A stretch of 64,000 bases of DNA from Alphaproteobacteria bacterium. Its GTDB lineage: Bacteria > Pseudomonadota > Alphaproteobacteria > Bin95. Both the position numbers and the translations under genes were made by a program. Location of the stretch: NCBI GenBank assembly GCA_964291285.2, contig OZ219786.1:672001-736000 (forward strand). Direction: 5' to 3'. This document shows, piece after piece, positions 30,516 through 39,438 of the stretch; within the stretch, counting starts at the first letter, position 1; every line of letters begins with the position of its first letter. Under the pieces are notes generated by a model that searched no databases, was not told where the DNA came from, and saw only the letters and a list, made by a program, of their open reading frames with translations.

Positions 30516-31394
30516 ATGGGCACATGCGCGGTCGGCGAGGTCGCCATTCACCGGATCGAGGAAAATGCCGGTCCTTCCTTCCTGCCGGGCCAGCTCTATC
30601 CGGACTGGACGCCGGACCATCTGGAGAAGCACCGGGACTGGATGGTGCCGCGCGCCTTCCACGAGCGCAGCGGCAGGCTGACGATGAGCCTGCACAGCTG
30701 GCTGTTGCGCACGCCGCGCCACACGGTCCTGGTCGATACATGCGTCGGCAACCGCAAGACCCGCCCGCGCAAGATGTGGGACAATCTCGACACGCCCTGG
30801 CTCGACCGGCTGAAGGCGGCCGGGGTGGCCCCGGAGGAGGTGGACTTCGTCCTCTGCACCCACCTGCACACCGACCATGTGGGCTGGAACACGAGGCTGG
30901 CGAACGGGCGCTGGGTCCCGACCTTCCCGAACGCGAAATACCTGATCGGCAAGATCGACTACCAGTACCGCACGCAGCGGCTGGAGCTCTATCCCGACGA
31001 GGAGCCGATGGACGGCGCCTTCGCCGACAGCGTGCTGCCGGTGGTGGAGGCGGGGCAGGCGGTGATGGTCGAGGACGGCTACCGGATCGACGAGACCATG
31101 CTGATCGAGGCCGCGCCCGGCCACACGCCCGGCCATGTCACCATGGCGCTCGAATCCGGCGGCGAGCAGGCGCTGTTCGTCGCCGACGTCATGCACCACC
31201 CGGTCCAGGTCTACGAGCCGCACTGGAACACGTCTTTCTGCGAGTGGCCGGAGCATGCGGCGGTTACGCGAAGGCGGGTGCTGGAGCGGGTGGCGGACAC
31301 GCCGGCGCTGCTGATGCCGGCGCACTTCCCGGCCCCGTCCTGCGGCCATGTGCTGAGCGCGGGCGACGGCTTCCGGTTCCGCTTCGCCGACTGA
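30516..31394 (+). CDS. MBL-fold metallo-hydrolase
   Basis: THLHTDHVGWN, PGHTPGH and AHFP. Confidence 0.88.
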   Translation: MGTCAVGEVAIHRIEENAGPSFLPGQLYPDWTPDHLEKHRDWMVPRAFHERSGRLTMSLHSWLLRTPRHTVLVDTCVGNRKTRPRKMWDNLDTPWLDRLKAAGVAPEEVDFVLCTHLHTDHVGWNTRLANGRWVPTFPNAKYLIGKIDYQYRTQRLELYPDEEPMDGAFADSVLPVVEAGQAVMVEDGYRIDETMLIEAAPGHTPGHVTMALESGGEQALFVADVMHHPVQVYEPHWNTSFCEWPEHAAVTRRRVLERVADTPALLMPAHFPAPSCGHVLSAGDGFRFRFAD

Positions 31395-31420
31395 GCTTCG
31401 GCGCGGCCGCTTCCTCTCCC

Positions 31421-32638
31421 ATGCCCGAAACGCCGAATGCCGGCCGCTATCCTTGGATAGTCTGCTTCACGTCGCTGCTGCTGGTCTTCTTCGGCCAAGG
31501 CGCGATGTTCGTGCTGAATGTCGAGCTGAAGCCGATTGCCGAGGACATGGGCTGGCCGCGCGAGCTGCCCTCCCTCGGCTACACCGCCGCCTTTTTCGGC
31601 GCCGGCATCGGGGCGCTTTATTTCGGCCCGCTCTCCGAACGCCTCGGCATGGGCAATGTCGCGCTGATCGGCGCGCTCTCGATCGGCTCCGGCACCTTCC
31701 TGGCGGGCTATGTCGAGACGCCCGGACAGCTGATGCTGGTCTTCGGCGTGCTGATCGGCCTTCTCGGCAATGCCTGCATGTTCGCGCCGCTGATGGCGCA
31801 CGTCATGCGCTGGTTCGACCGCAACCGGGGCCTGGCTCTGGGTATCGCCACGGCCGGGCAGAGCGTCGGCGGCGCGATCTGGCCCTATGTCATCACCTGG
31901 CTCGACGGGACGGTCGGCTGGCGCGACACCTTCCACATTTACGGCCTTCTGTGCTTCACGGTCATGGTGCCGCTGACCATGCTGCTGCGCCGCCCGGCGC
32001 CGCCGACGGCTTCGGGTAGTCCGCGCAAGGCCACGCCCGACGGCCGCGCCTTCGGACTGCCGGGCGGGATCGCGACGGGGGTGCTGTGCGCGGCGATCGT
32101 CGGCTGCTGCATCCCGATGTCGATTCCGCTGGTCCACCTCAAGGCCTACGGCACCGACCTCGGCCTCGCCCCGCAGGCGGCCGCGGCCGCGCTCTCGATG
32201 GCGCTGTTCGCCAGCCTTACCTCGCGCATTCTCGGCGGTGTGCTGGCGGACCGCATCGGCGGGTTGAAGACGCTGCTGATCGGCTCGACGATCCAGTGCG
32301 CGATGCTGGCCGTCATCTCGCAGGCCCGCGAGATGTGGACCCTCTACGCCGCCTGCATCGTCTTCGGCCTCGGCTATGGCGGCATCATCGGCATGTACGC
32401 CTATCTCGTGCGCGAGTATTTCCCGCCGGCGGGCGCGACCCGGCGGATCGCCTGGATCTTCCTGTTCGGCACCATCGGCATGGCCGCGGGCGGGTGGCTC
32501 GGCGGGCGGCTGTTCGACGCCACCGGCAGCTATGAGGCGGCGTTCCTCGCGGGCTCGGCGATCAATGCCGTGCAGCTCGCCATCGTCCTCACCCTCCTCA
32601 TCCGCGCGCGCCCCGCCGCGAGTCTGGCCGCCGCCTGA
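31421..32638 (+). CDS. MFS transporter
   Basis: About 12 hydrophobic segments, WFDRNRGLALG and GVLADRIG. Confidence 0.88.
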   Translation: MPETPNAGRYPWIVCFTSLLLVFFGQGAMFVLNVELKPIAEDMGWPRELPSLGYTAAFFGAGIGALYFGPLSERLGMGNVALIGALSIGSGTFLAGYVETPGQLMLVFGVLIGLLGNACMFAPLMAHVMRWFDRNRGLALGIATAGQSVGGAIWPYVITWLDGTVGWRDTFHIYGLLCFTVMVPLTMLLRRPAPPTASGSPRKATPDGRAFGLPGGIATGVLCAAIVGCCIPMSIPLVHLKAYGTDLGLAPQAAAAALSMALFASLTSRILGGVLADRIGGLKTLLIGSTIQCAMLAVISQAREMWTLYAACIVFGLGYGGIIGMYAYLVREYFPPAGATRRIAWIFLFGTIGMAAGGWLGGRLFDATGSYEAAFLAGSAINAVQLAIVLTLLIRARPAASLAAA

Positions 32639-32763
32639 AGGCCCCCGCCGGGGGCTGGCCCCCGGAGCGGAAAGGGGACTACCATGACCGCCGGGGTCCG
32701 GGCGGCAATGGAGCAACCGGTGCCGGCCGACTCCCCGCGCGGTAAAAATGTGGAGGAAACGGA

Positions 32764-33216
32764 ATGGCGAGCGTCACCATCAACGGTGAAGCCCGGACCT
32801 TGGACGGTCCGGACGACACCGTCCTGTTGTGGGCCCTGCGCGACATGGCGGGCCTGACGGGAACCAAATACGGATGCGGGGCGGGCCTCTGCGGCGCCTG
32901 CACGGTGCATGTGGACGGCAAGGCCGAGAAGTCCTGCATGGTGACCGTGGGCGACGTCGCCGGCAAGTCGGTCACCACCATCGAGGGCCTCTCCGCCGAC
33001 GGCAACCACCCCGTCCAGGTCGCATGGCGCGAGTTGCATGTGCCGCAATGCGGCTTCTGCCAGACCGGGCAGATCATGCAGGCCGCGAGCCTGCTGGCCG
33101 AAAACCCGAAGCCGACCGACCGGGAAATCCTGGACGGGATGGCCGACAATATCTGCCGCTGCGGCTGCTACGAGCGCATCGTCTCCGCGGTGCGGCTCGC
33201 GTCCACGGGAGTTTAG
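32764..33216 (+). CDS. Isoquinoline 1-oxidoreductase alpha-like 2Fe-2S subunit
   Basis: GTKYGCGAGLCGACTV, QCGFCQ and CRCGCY. Confidence 0.88.
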   Translation: MASVTINGEARTLDGPDDTVLLWALRDMAGLTGTKYGCGAGLCGACTVHVDGKAEKSCMVTVGDVAGKSVTTIEGLSADGNHPVQVAWRELHVPQCGFCQTGQIMQAASLLAENPKPTDREILDGMADNICRCGCYERIVSAVRLASTGV

Positions 33217-33219
33217 GCC

Positions 33220-35535
33220 ATGGCGCACATGATGGAAAAAGCGTTCCTCGGAACCCCCGTCCGCGAGGCGGCGAAGCTCGCCTTCGCCAATGTCTCCCGG
33301 CGGCGTTTCCTGCAGGGCTCGGCGGCCGGTTTCGCCGTCGCCGCCTTCGCCACCACGGCGGAAGGCTTCGCGCGCTACAAGACCGGCGGCGACTTCATGC
33401 CGAACGGCCTGCGCTACGACCCGCACATCTTCGTCTCCATCGACCCCGACGGCACGGTGACCATCGTCGCCCACCGCTCGGAGATGGGCACCGGCTCGCG
33501 CACCTCGCTGCCGATGGTGCTCGCCGACGAGATGGGCGCCGACTGGGGGATGGTGAAGATCGTCCAGGCGGAAGGCGACGAGGAGAAATACGGCAACCAG
33601 GACACGGACGGGTCGCGCTCCATGCGCCACCACATCCAGTCCATGCGCCAGATGGGCGCGTCGGTCCGCCATATGCTCGCCAGTGCCGCGGCCGAAAAAT
33701 GGGGCGTGGACGCCTCAGCGGTCACGGTCGGCGTGCATGAGGTCATGGGCGGCGGCAACAAGGCCGGCTTCGGCGAGCTCGCCGAGGCGGCGATGAAGCA
33801 GCCCGTGCCGGAGTTCGAGGCGCTCTCCTTCAGGGACGAGTCCGAGTTCCGATACATCGGCAAGGGCAATGTCGGCATCTACGACCTGCACGACATCACC
33901 ACGGGCAAGGCCGTTTACGGCGCCGACGTGATGCTGCCGGGCATGAAGGTGGCGGCCGTCGCCCGCCCACCGGTGGTCGGCGCCGAGGCGAAGAGCTACG
34001 ACGCGAGCGCGGCCATGGCCGTGCCCGGCGTCGAGCATGTGGTGCCGCTGCCGGCCTCGATCATGCCGGCCAAGTTCGCCCCGCTCGGCGGCGTCGCCGT
34101 CATCGCCTCCAACACGGATGCCGCGATCAAGGGCCGCGACGCGCTGGAGATCCAGTGGGGCGACAGCCCGCATGGCGGCTACACCTCCGAATCCTACCTG
34201 GAAGAGATGCGGGCGGCGGCGAAACAGCCGGGCCAGGTGCTGCGGGCCGAGGGCGACGCTGCGGCGGCGTTCGCGGGCGCGGCGAAGACCTTCGGGCAGG
34301 AGTACAGCCAGGCGCACATGGCGCACGCGATGATGGAGCCGCCCGCGGCGGTCGCCAGCGTCGCGGACGGCAAGTGCGAGGTCTGGGCGCCGGTGCAGTC
34401 CCCCTTCGGCGCGCGCGGCGATGTCGCGGCGGCGCTGGAGATGGACGCCGCCGACGTGCGCGTGAACGTGACCCTGCTCGGCGGCGGGTTCGGCCGCAAG
34501 TCCAAGTGCGACTTCGTCATCGAGGCGGCGCTGCTCAGCCAGAAGCTCGGCATGCCGATCAAGGTGCAGTGGACGCGCGAGGACGATATCCGGCACAGCT
34601 TCTACCACACCACCTCGGTGGAGCGGATCGAGGTTGCGCTGGACGCCGCGGACAAGGTGACCGGCTGGCGTCACAACTCGGTGGCGCCGTCGATCCTGTC
34701 CACCTTCGCGCCGGACAGCGGCCACCAGTTCTTCATCGAGAGCGGGATGGGGCATGTCGATATCCCCTTCGAAATCCCGAACCTCTCGGTCGAGAACGGC
34801 AAGGCGATGGCGCACACCCGCATCGGCTGGTTCCGCTCGGTGTCGAACATTCCGCGCGCCTGGGCGGTGCAGTCCTTCGCCTCGGAGCTTGCGGCCGAAC
34901 TCGGGCGCGACGATCTTGAGGTGATGCTGGAGCTGATCGGTTCCGACCGGAAGCTCGACCCGCCGAAGCAGGGCTTCCCGGAGAACTTCTGGGACTATGG
35001 CGAGGTGTATGACGAGTATCCGATCGACACTATGCGCCTGAAGAACGTCCTCAAACTGGCCGCCGAGAAGGGCGGCTGGGGCCGGCAGATGCCGGCCGGC
35101 GAGGGCCTCGGCCTCGCGGTGCACCGCTCCTTTGTCACCTATGTGGCGACGTGCGCGCATGTGAAGATCGTGGATGGCAGAATCACCGTGCCCGAGATGC
35201 ACATGGCGGTGGACTGCGGCTTCGCGGCCAATCCGGAGCGCATCCGCAGCCAGATGGAAGGCTCGGCGGTGCAGGGCATGACCATCGCGCTCTACAGCGG
35301 CGTCACCTTCGAGAACGGCGCTGCGGTGCAGTCGAACTACCACGACTACCAGATGGTGCGTTCGGACAACTTCCCCGAGAAGGTGCATACGCACATCGTG
35401 CCGCATCCCTTCTCGGTCCACGCCTCGGGCGTGGGCGAGCCGGGCGTGCCGCCCGTTGCGCCGGCGATCGGCAATGCGGTCTTCCACGCGACGGGCAAGC
35501 GCATGCGCGACCTGCCCATGGGCGACACCGTCTGA
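33220..35535 (+). CDS. Isoquinoline 1-oxidoreductase beta-like molybdopterin subunit (Tat signal)
   Basis: SRRRFL Tat motif, RSEMGTG, TDGSRS, GGGFGRK and GVGEPG. Confidence 0.88.
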   Translation: MAHMMEKAFLGTPVREAAKLAFANVSRRRFLQGSAAGFAVAAFATTAEGFARYKTGGDFMPNGLRYDPHIFVSIDPDGTVTIVAHRSEMGTGSRTSLPMVLADEMGADWGMVKIVQAEGDEEKYGNQDTDGSRSMRHHIQSMRQMGASVRHMLASAAAEKWGVDASAVTVGVHEVMGGGNKAGFGELAEAAMKQPVPEFEALSFRDESEFRYIGKGNVGIYDLHDITTGKAVYGADVMLPGMKVAAVARPPVVGAEAKSYDASAAMAVPGVEHVVPLPASIMPAKFAPLGGVAVIASNTDAAIKGRDALEIQWGDSPHGGYTSESYLEEMRAAAKQPGQVLRAEGDAAAAFAGAAKTFGQEYSQAHMAHAMMEPPAAVASVADGKCEVWAPVQSPFGARGDVAAALEMDAADVRVNVTLLGGGFGRKSKCDFVIEAALLSQKLGMPIKVQWTREDDIRHSFYHTTSVERIEVALDAADKVTGWRHNSVAPSILSTFAPDSGHQFFIESGMGHVDIPFEIPNLSVENGKAMAHTRIGWFRSVSNIPRAWAVQSFASELAAELGRDDLEVMLELIGSDRKLDPPKQGFPENFWDYGEVYDEYPIDTMRLKNVLKLAAEKGGWGRQMPAGEGLGLAVHRSFVTYVATCAHVKIVDGRITVPEMHMAVDCGFAANPERIRSQMEGSAVQGMTIALYSGVTFENGAAVQSNYHDYQMVRSDNFPEKVHTHIVPHPFSVHASGVGEPGVPPVAPAIGNAVFHATGKRMRDLPMGDTV

Positions 35536-35559
35536 TTCGCCTCCGGGCGCAAGGACAGG

Positions 35560-35592
35560 GAAAGGGCCGGCCTCGCGTCGGCCCTTTTTCTT
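35560..35592 (+). terminator. Rho-independent terminator
   Basis: AAAGGGCCGG...TCGGCCCTTTTTCTT after the iorB-like stop. Confidence 0.75.
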
Positions 35593-35675
35593 CGGCAGCA
35601 TCCCGGCCTGTGACGAGCGCGCTCACAGGTTTACACTGTCCGGGCGGCGCATCCGGGAAAGGAACTCCCCCGAGC

Positions 35676-36665
35676 ATGGCCATCGATGCAATTCCGGCAA
35701 TCGACCTCGGGCCCTGGCGGTCCGGGGCTGACAGGGAGCGGCGGGAGGTGGCCGGGCAGGTCGCCCGGGCCTGCGAGACTATCGGCTTCCTCATCGTCTC
35801 CGGCCACGGCATCCCGCAGGAGGTCATCGACCGCGCCTTTTCGGTCTCGCGGGCGTTCTTCGACCTGCCCGTGGAGGAAAAGGCGCGGTTCATGCCGGAA
35901 GACGGCGTGGCGCCGCGCGGCTACCACGCCGTCGCGACGCGGAACCTCGCCCGCACCTACGGGCTGGAGACGCCGCCCGACCTGAGGGAGCAGTTCTTCA
36001 TCGGCCCCCTGGTCCCGCAGGCCGACCGGTTCGCCCATATTCCCGAAGCCGCGCTCTACTATTCGGAGAATATCTGGCCGGCCCGTCCCGCCGCCTACAG
36101 AGAGGCCCTGACGGAATTCTATCGCGCGTTCGAGTCCCTTGCAGAGCGCCTGATGGGGATTTTCGCCGTGGCGCTCGGGCTCCCCGAGGCGTTTTTCGAC
36201 GACAAGATCGACAGGCATTTCAGCACCTGCCCGTCGAACCACTACCCCGTCATCGAGGACGACCCGCAGCCGGGCCAGCTCCGCTGCGGCGCACACACCG
36301 ATTTCGGCAGCCTGACGATCCTCGCCTTCAACGATGCGCCGGGCGGCCTGCAGGCGCAGATGCCGGACGGCTCCTGGCTGGATGTCCGGCCCGGGCCGGG
36401 GCAGCTGGTCGTCAATCTGGGCGACATGATGCAGCGCTGGACCAATGACCGCTGGAAATCCACCGTCCACCGCGTCGTCAATCCGCCGGCGGAACGGCGC
36501 GGGCAAAGCCGCCGCCAGACCATCGGCTATTTCCTGCACCCGAACTACGACGCCGAGATCGACTGCCTGGAAGGCTGCTGCGGCCCGGGCAACCCGGCGA
36601 AATACTCCCGGATCATGGCCGGCGACCACATGCGCGAAAAGCTGGAACGCCGGATCGACGGATAG
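35676..36665 (+). CDS. Isopenicillin N synthase-family 2OG-Fe(II) oxygenase
   Basis: IPAIDL, HTDFGSLT, VNLGDMMQRWTN and STVHRV. Confidence 0.9.
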   Translation: MAIDAIPAIDLGPWRSGADRERREVAGQVARACETIGFLIVSGHGIPQEVIDRAFSVSRAFFDLPVEEKARFMPEDGVAPRGYHAVATRNLARTYGLETPPDLREQFFIGPLVPQADRFAHIPEAALYYSENIWPARPAAYREALTEFYRAFESLAERLMGIFAVALGLPEAFFDDKIDRHFSTCPSNHYPVIEDDPQPGQLRCGAHTDFGSLTILAFNDAPGGLQAQMPDGSWLDVRPGPGQLVVNLGDMMQRWTNDRWKSTVHRVVNPPAERRGQSRRQTIGYFLHPNYDAEIDCLEGCCGPGNPAKYSRIMAGDHMREKLERRIDG

Positions 36666-36682
36666 GCGGGAGCGAGGCGGCC

Positions 36683-37558
36683 ATAACCACCTTGGGATTC
36701 ATCGGGCTCGGCGCGATGGGCAGGCCCATGTGTCGGAACCTCATCAGGCGCGCCGGCCTGCCGGTCATCGTCCACGATGCGGACCCCGAGGCGGGCGCCG
36801 CCTGCGTCCGGGAAGGATGCGTCGCTGCCGCGGATGCGGGGCAGGTGGCGCGCGAATGCGACATCGTCTTCCTGTCGCTGCCGGGCGCGGCGGAGGTCCG
36901 CCTCGTCTGCCAGGACGTGCTGGCGCAGGCGCGCCCCGGCAGCATCACCGTCGATTGCAGCACGGTGCCGCTGGCGCTCACCCGCGAGCTTGCCGCCGCC
37001 TTTGCGGAGAAGGGCGCGCGCTATGTCGATGCCCCGGTCGCCGGGACGGTCCGGACGGTGGCCGACCGGCAGATCAGCATCATGGCCGGGGCGGACGGGG
37101 AGACCTTCGCCCGGCTGGCGCCGCTGCTGGACTGCATGGCGGAGACGGTGCTGCATTGCGGCGCAAGCGGCAGCGGCACGGTGACGAAGCTGCTGCTGAA
37201 CACGGTGCTCGCCCAGTCCGTCGCCGCGCTCGCCGAGGCGCTGCTGCTCGGCCGCCGGGCGGGCGTGGACGGCGAGCGCCTGTTCGAGGCGTTCCGCCAC
37301 GGCTGCGACAGCTTCGCGCTCCGGCAGCACGGCATGACGGCCCTGCTGCCCGGCCGCTTCCCCGAAGGCCGGTTCCCGACGCGCTACATGCTGAAGGACC
37401 TCGACTATGCGATGGAACTGAAGGAGTCGCTGGGGATGACGCTCGGGGGCATGGACGCGGCGCACGGCCTGCTGGAGCGCGCCGTCGCCGCGGGCCTCGG
37501 CGACGCCTACTGGCCGGCGCTGATCGAGGTCATCGACGGGGATAGGAAATGCGGGTAG
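36683..37558 (+). CDS. 3-hydroxyisobutyrate dehydrogenase-family NAD(P) oxidoreductase (apparent ATA start)
   Basis: GFIGLGAMG, DAPVAG and KDL. The only plausible start before the first beta-strand is ATA at 36683 (TTG at 36692 is the alternative). Confidence 0.82.
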   Translation: MTTLGFIGLGAMGRPMCRNLIRRAGLPVIVHDADPEAGAACVREGCVAAADAGQVARECDIVFLSLPGAAEVRLVCQDVLAQARPGSITVDCSTVPLALTRELAAAFAEKGARYVDAPVAGTVRTVADRQISIMAGADGETFARLAPLLDCMAETVLHCGASGSGTVTKLLLNTVLAQSVAALAEALLLGRRAGVDGERLFEAFRHGCDSFALRQHGMTALLPGRFPEGRFPTRYMLKDLDYAMELKESLGMTLGGMDAAHGLLERAVAAGLGDAYWPALIEVIDGDRKCG

Positions 37559-38694
37559 CGGACGGCGCGCCGGTTAACGGCCGTTGCGAGGGGCGTTTCG
37601 CCGTCGTGGCCGAAGCGTTCGCGGAGAATTTCCGCAGCCGCGGCGAAGCCGGCGCGGCCGTCGCCGTCACCCTGAACGGCGAGCCGGTCATCGACCTCTG
37701 GGGCGGCTTCGCCGACAGCGCCCGCACGCGGCCCTGGGCGGAGGACACGCTGGTCTGCATGATGTCGGTCGCCAAGGCGGTGACGGCGCTCTGCGCCGCG
37801 ATGGCCGTGGACCGGGGGCTGATCGGCTGGCACGAGCCGGTGGCGCGCTACTGGCCGGAATTCGCGGCCGCCGGCAAGGCCGGTATTCCCGTGCGATGGG
37901 TCCTCGACCATCGCGCCGGCCTGGCGGCAATCGCGCAGGCCATGCCCGAAGGCGCGGCCTACGACTGGGAGGCGATGACCGGGGCGCTGGCGGGGCAGGC
38001 GCCGCTGTCTGCGCCGGGCAGGTCGCGCGCCTACCATTCCGTCACCCTGGGCTACCTTGTCGGCGAGCTGATAAGGCGCACCGACGGGCGGAGCCTCGGG
38101 CGTTTCCTCGCCGAGGAGGTCTGCGCGCCGCACGGCATCGACTACTGGATCGGCCTGCCGCCGGCCCTGCACGGCAGGTGCGCGGAGTTCTTCGGCGAGA
38201 CCGCCGACACGCTGTTCGACCGCTCGGACCCGGACTCCCTGATGTGTCGGGCAATGGCGCAGGTGCCGCCGGAGGACTTCAACACGGAGCGGTTCCGCGC
38301 CGCGGAAATCCCTTCGATCAACGGCATCGGCACGGCGCGCGGCGTCGCGAAGCTCTTCGACAGCCTCGCCGGCGGCGGCGTGCTGGACGGCAGGCGGCTG
38401 CTGAGCGCGGAGGTGCTGGCGGAAGCCACGGCCGAGCAGTGGTTCGGCAGGGAAGACCTGCTGGGGCACACCCGCCGCATGGCGCTCGGTTTCGCGCTCG
38501 GCCTGCCGGGGCACCTGGCGATGGGGCCGAGCCCGCGCGCCTTCGGGCACACCGGCGCGGGCGGCGCCATCGGCTTCGCCGACCCGGACGCGGGCCTCGG
38601 CTTCGCCTACGCGCCCAACCGCATGCATTCCGGCCCCGGCATCAGCCCGCGCCTCAGCGCCCTCGTGGACGCCCTCTACGCCGCGCTCGCCTGA
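37549..38694 (+). CDS. Serine hydrolase (class C beta-lactamase/esterase family)
   Basis: SVAK (SxxK), YH, FGHTGAGG and FADP. Confidence 0.88.
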   Translation: MRVADGAPVNGRCEGRFAVVAEAFAENFRSRGEAGAAVAVTLNGEPVIDLWGGFADSARTRPWAEDTLVCMMSVAKAVTALCAAMAVDRGLIGWHEPVARYWPEFAAAGKAGIPVRWVLDHRAGLAAIAQAMPEGAAYDWEAMTGALAGQAPLSAPGRSRAYHSVTLGYLVGELIRRTDGRSLGRFLAEEVCAPHGIDYWIGLPPALHGRCAEFFGETADTLFDRSDPDSLMCRAMAQVPPEDFNTERFRAAEIPSINGIGTARGVAKLFDSLAGGGVLDGRRLLSAEVLAEATAEQWFGREDLLGHTRRMALGFALGLPGHLAMGPSPRAFGHTGAGGAIGFADPDAGLGFAYAPNRMHSGPGISPRLSALVDALYAALA

Positions 38695-38919
38695 CTCCCT
38701 TCATCGAACAAATTCCGATGCGAAAGATTGACTGAAGCCATGATAATGCGATTAGTTTGCATTCTTAATTGGAACATGCAGAGCTTGAACACGATCCGTT
38801 CAGGTTGACCCGGCCCCGTCCGCAAAGCCTCAATCATCGCCCCGGCCCCCCGATCGGGGGCGATGAAGGTGTATGGCAAAAAATTCCTGAAATTTATGCA
38901 ATGATTCCTTATTTGGGAC

Positions 38920-38946
38920 TTGCACCTGAGAAAACAGTGATATGAT
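38920..38946 (+). promoter_or_regulatory. Putative sigma70 extended -10 promoter (TGaTATGAT)
   Basis: TG-n-TATGAT at 38938-38946 in an AT-rich island, with TTGCAC upstream. GTGATATGAT is conserved in copy 3 at 58713-58722. Confidence 0.55.
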
Positions 38947-39206
38947 GGGTCCGAAGTAAGCGGCATCCGGAGCCGCTTCCCGCTCGTGCCGGCCCGGTGC
39001 GGAACGACCCCGATTCAGCCGACAGGCGAAGTGCGTCCTGCGCCTGCCCCGCGCACGCGCAATCAGGCGCGCGAACCGCGCCGGCGCAAACGCCCGCCCC
39101 CGCCGGCACAGGCGCCCGCGCGGGATACGCGCGAATCAGGGTCCCGCCGCTGAGGCAACCGGGCGGCGGGAAGAACGGAACGAAGACGGATCGAAAGGAG
39201 AGACCC

Positions 39207-39302
39207 ATGCCAAAGACGCGAAGCCGGGGACACCGGATGGAATACCCGGAGCCCATGCCCGAACAGGTCACGGGATATGCGCCGCGCGCATGCAGATCAT
39301 GA
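39207..39302 (+). CDS. Putative 31-aa peptide inside the element (MPKTRSRGHRMEYPEPMPEQVTGYAPRACRS)
   Basis: Strong RBS AAAGGAGA upstream. The stop codon lies in the first CATGACA unit. Confidence 0.35.
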   Translation: MPKTRSRGHRMEYPEPMPEQVTGYAPRACRS

Positions 39303-39366
39303 CATCTCATGACATATCGCACGGGGTCCCGCCGGCCCGCATGACAAAACATGACATCCCATGACA
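39298..39366 (+). repeat. CATGACA heptamer array (5 units)
   Basis: Units start at 39298, 39308, 39340, 39350 and 39360, with a 10-bp period within each group. Confidence 0.9.
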
Positions 39367-39438
39367 TGTTCGACCGGTGTTCCTGTCCTGGCGGCAGGCG
39401 CGGGGCCGGGATGCGGGGCTGTCGGAACGGGGCCCGCT

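Larger units (their letters stand above)
38796..39366 (+). repeat. Dispersed structured intergenic element, copy 2
   Basis: The 200-nt core 38937-39136 aligns without gaps to 58713-58912 (about 12 mismatches counted by eye). The upstream CCGTTCRGGTTGA..AAAGCCTCAA block and downstream CATGACA repeats are also shared. Confidence 0.9.

Noticed and set aside
39298-39366. CATGACA array as a CRISPR
   Set aside because: The units are 7 bp with mostly 3-bp gaps, there are no spacer-sized unique sequences in series, and no cas genes are present.
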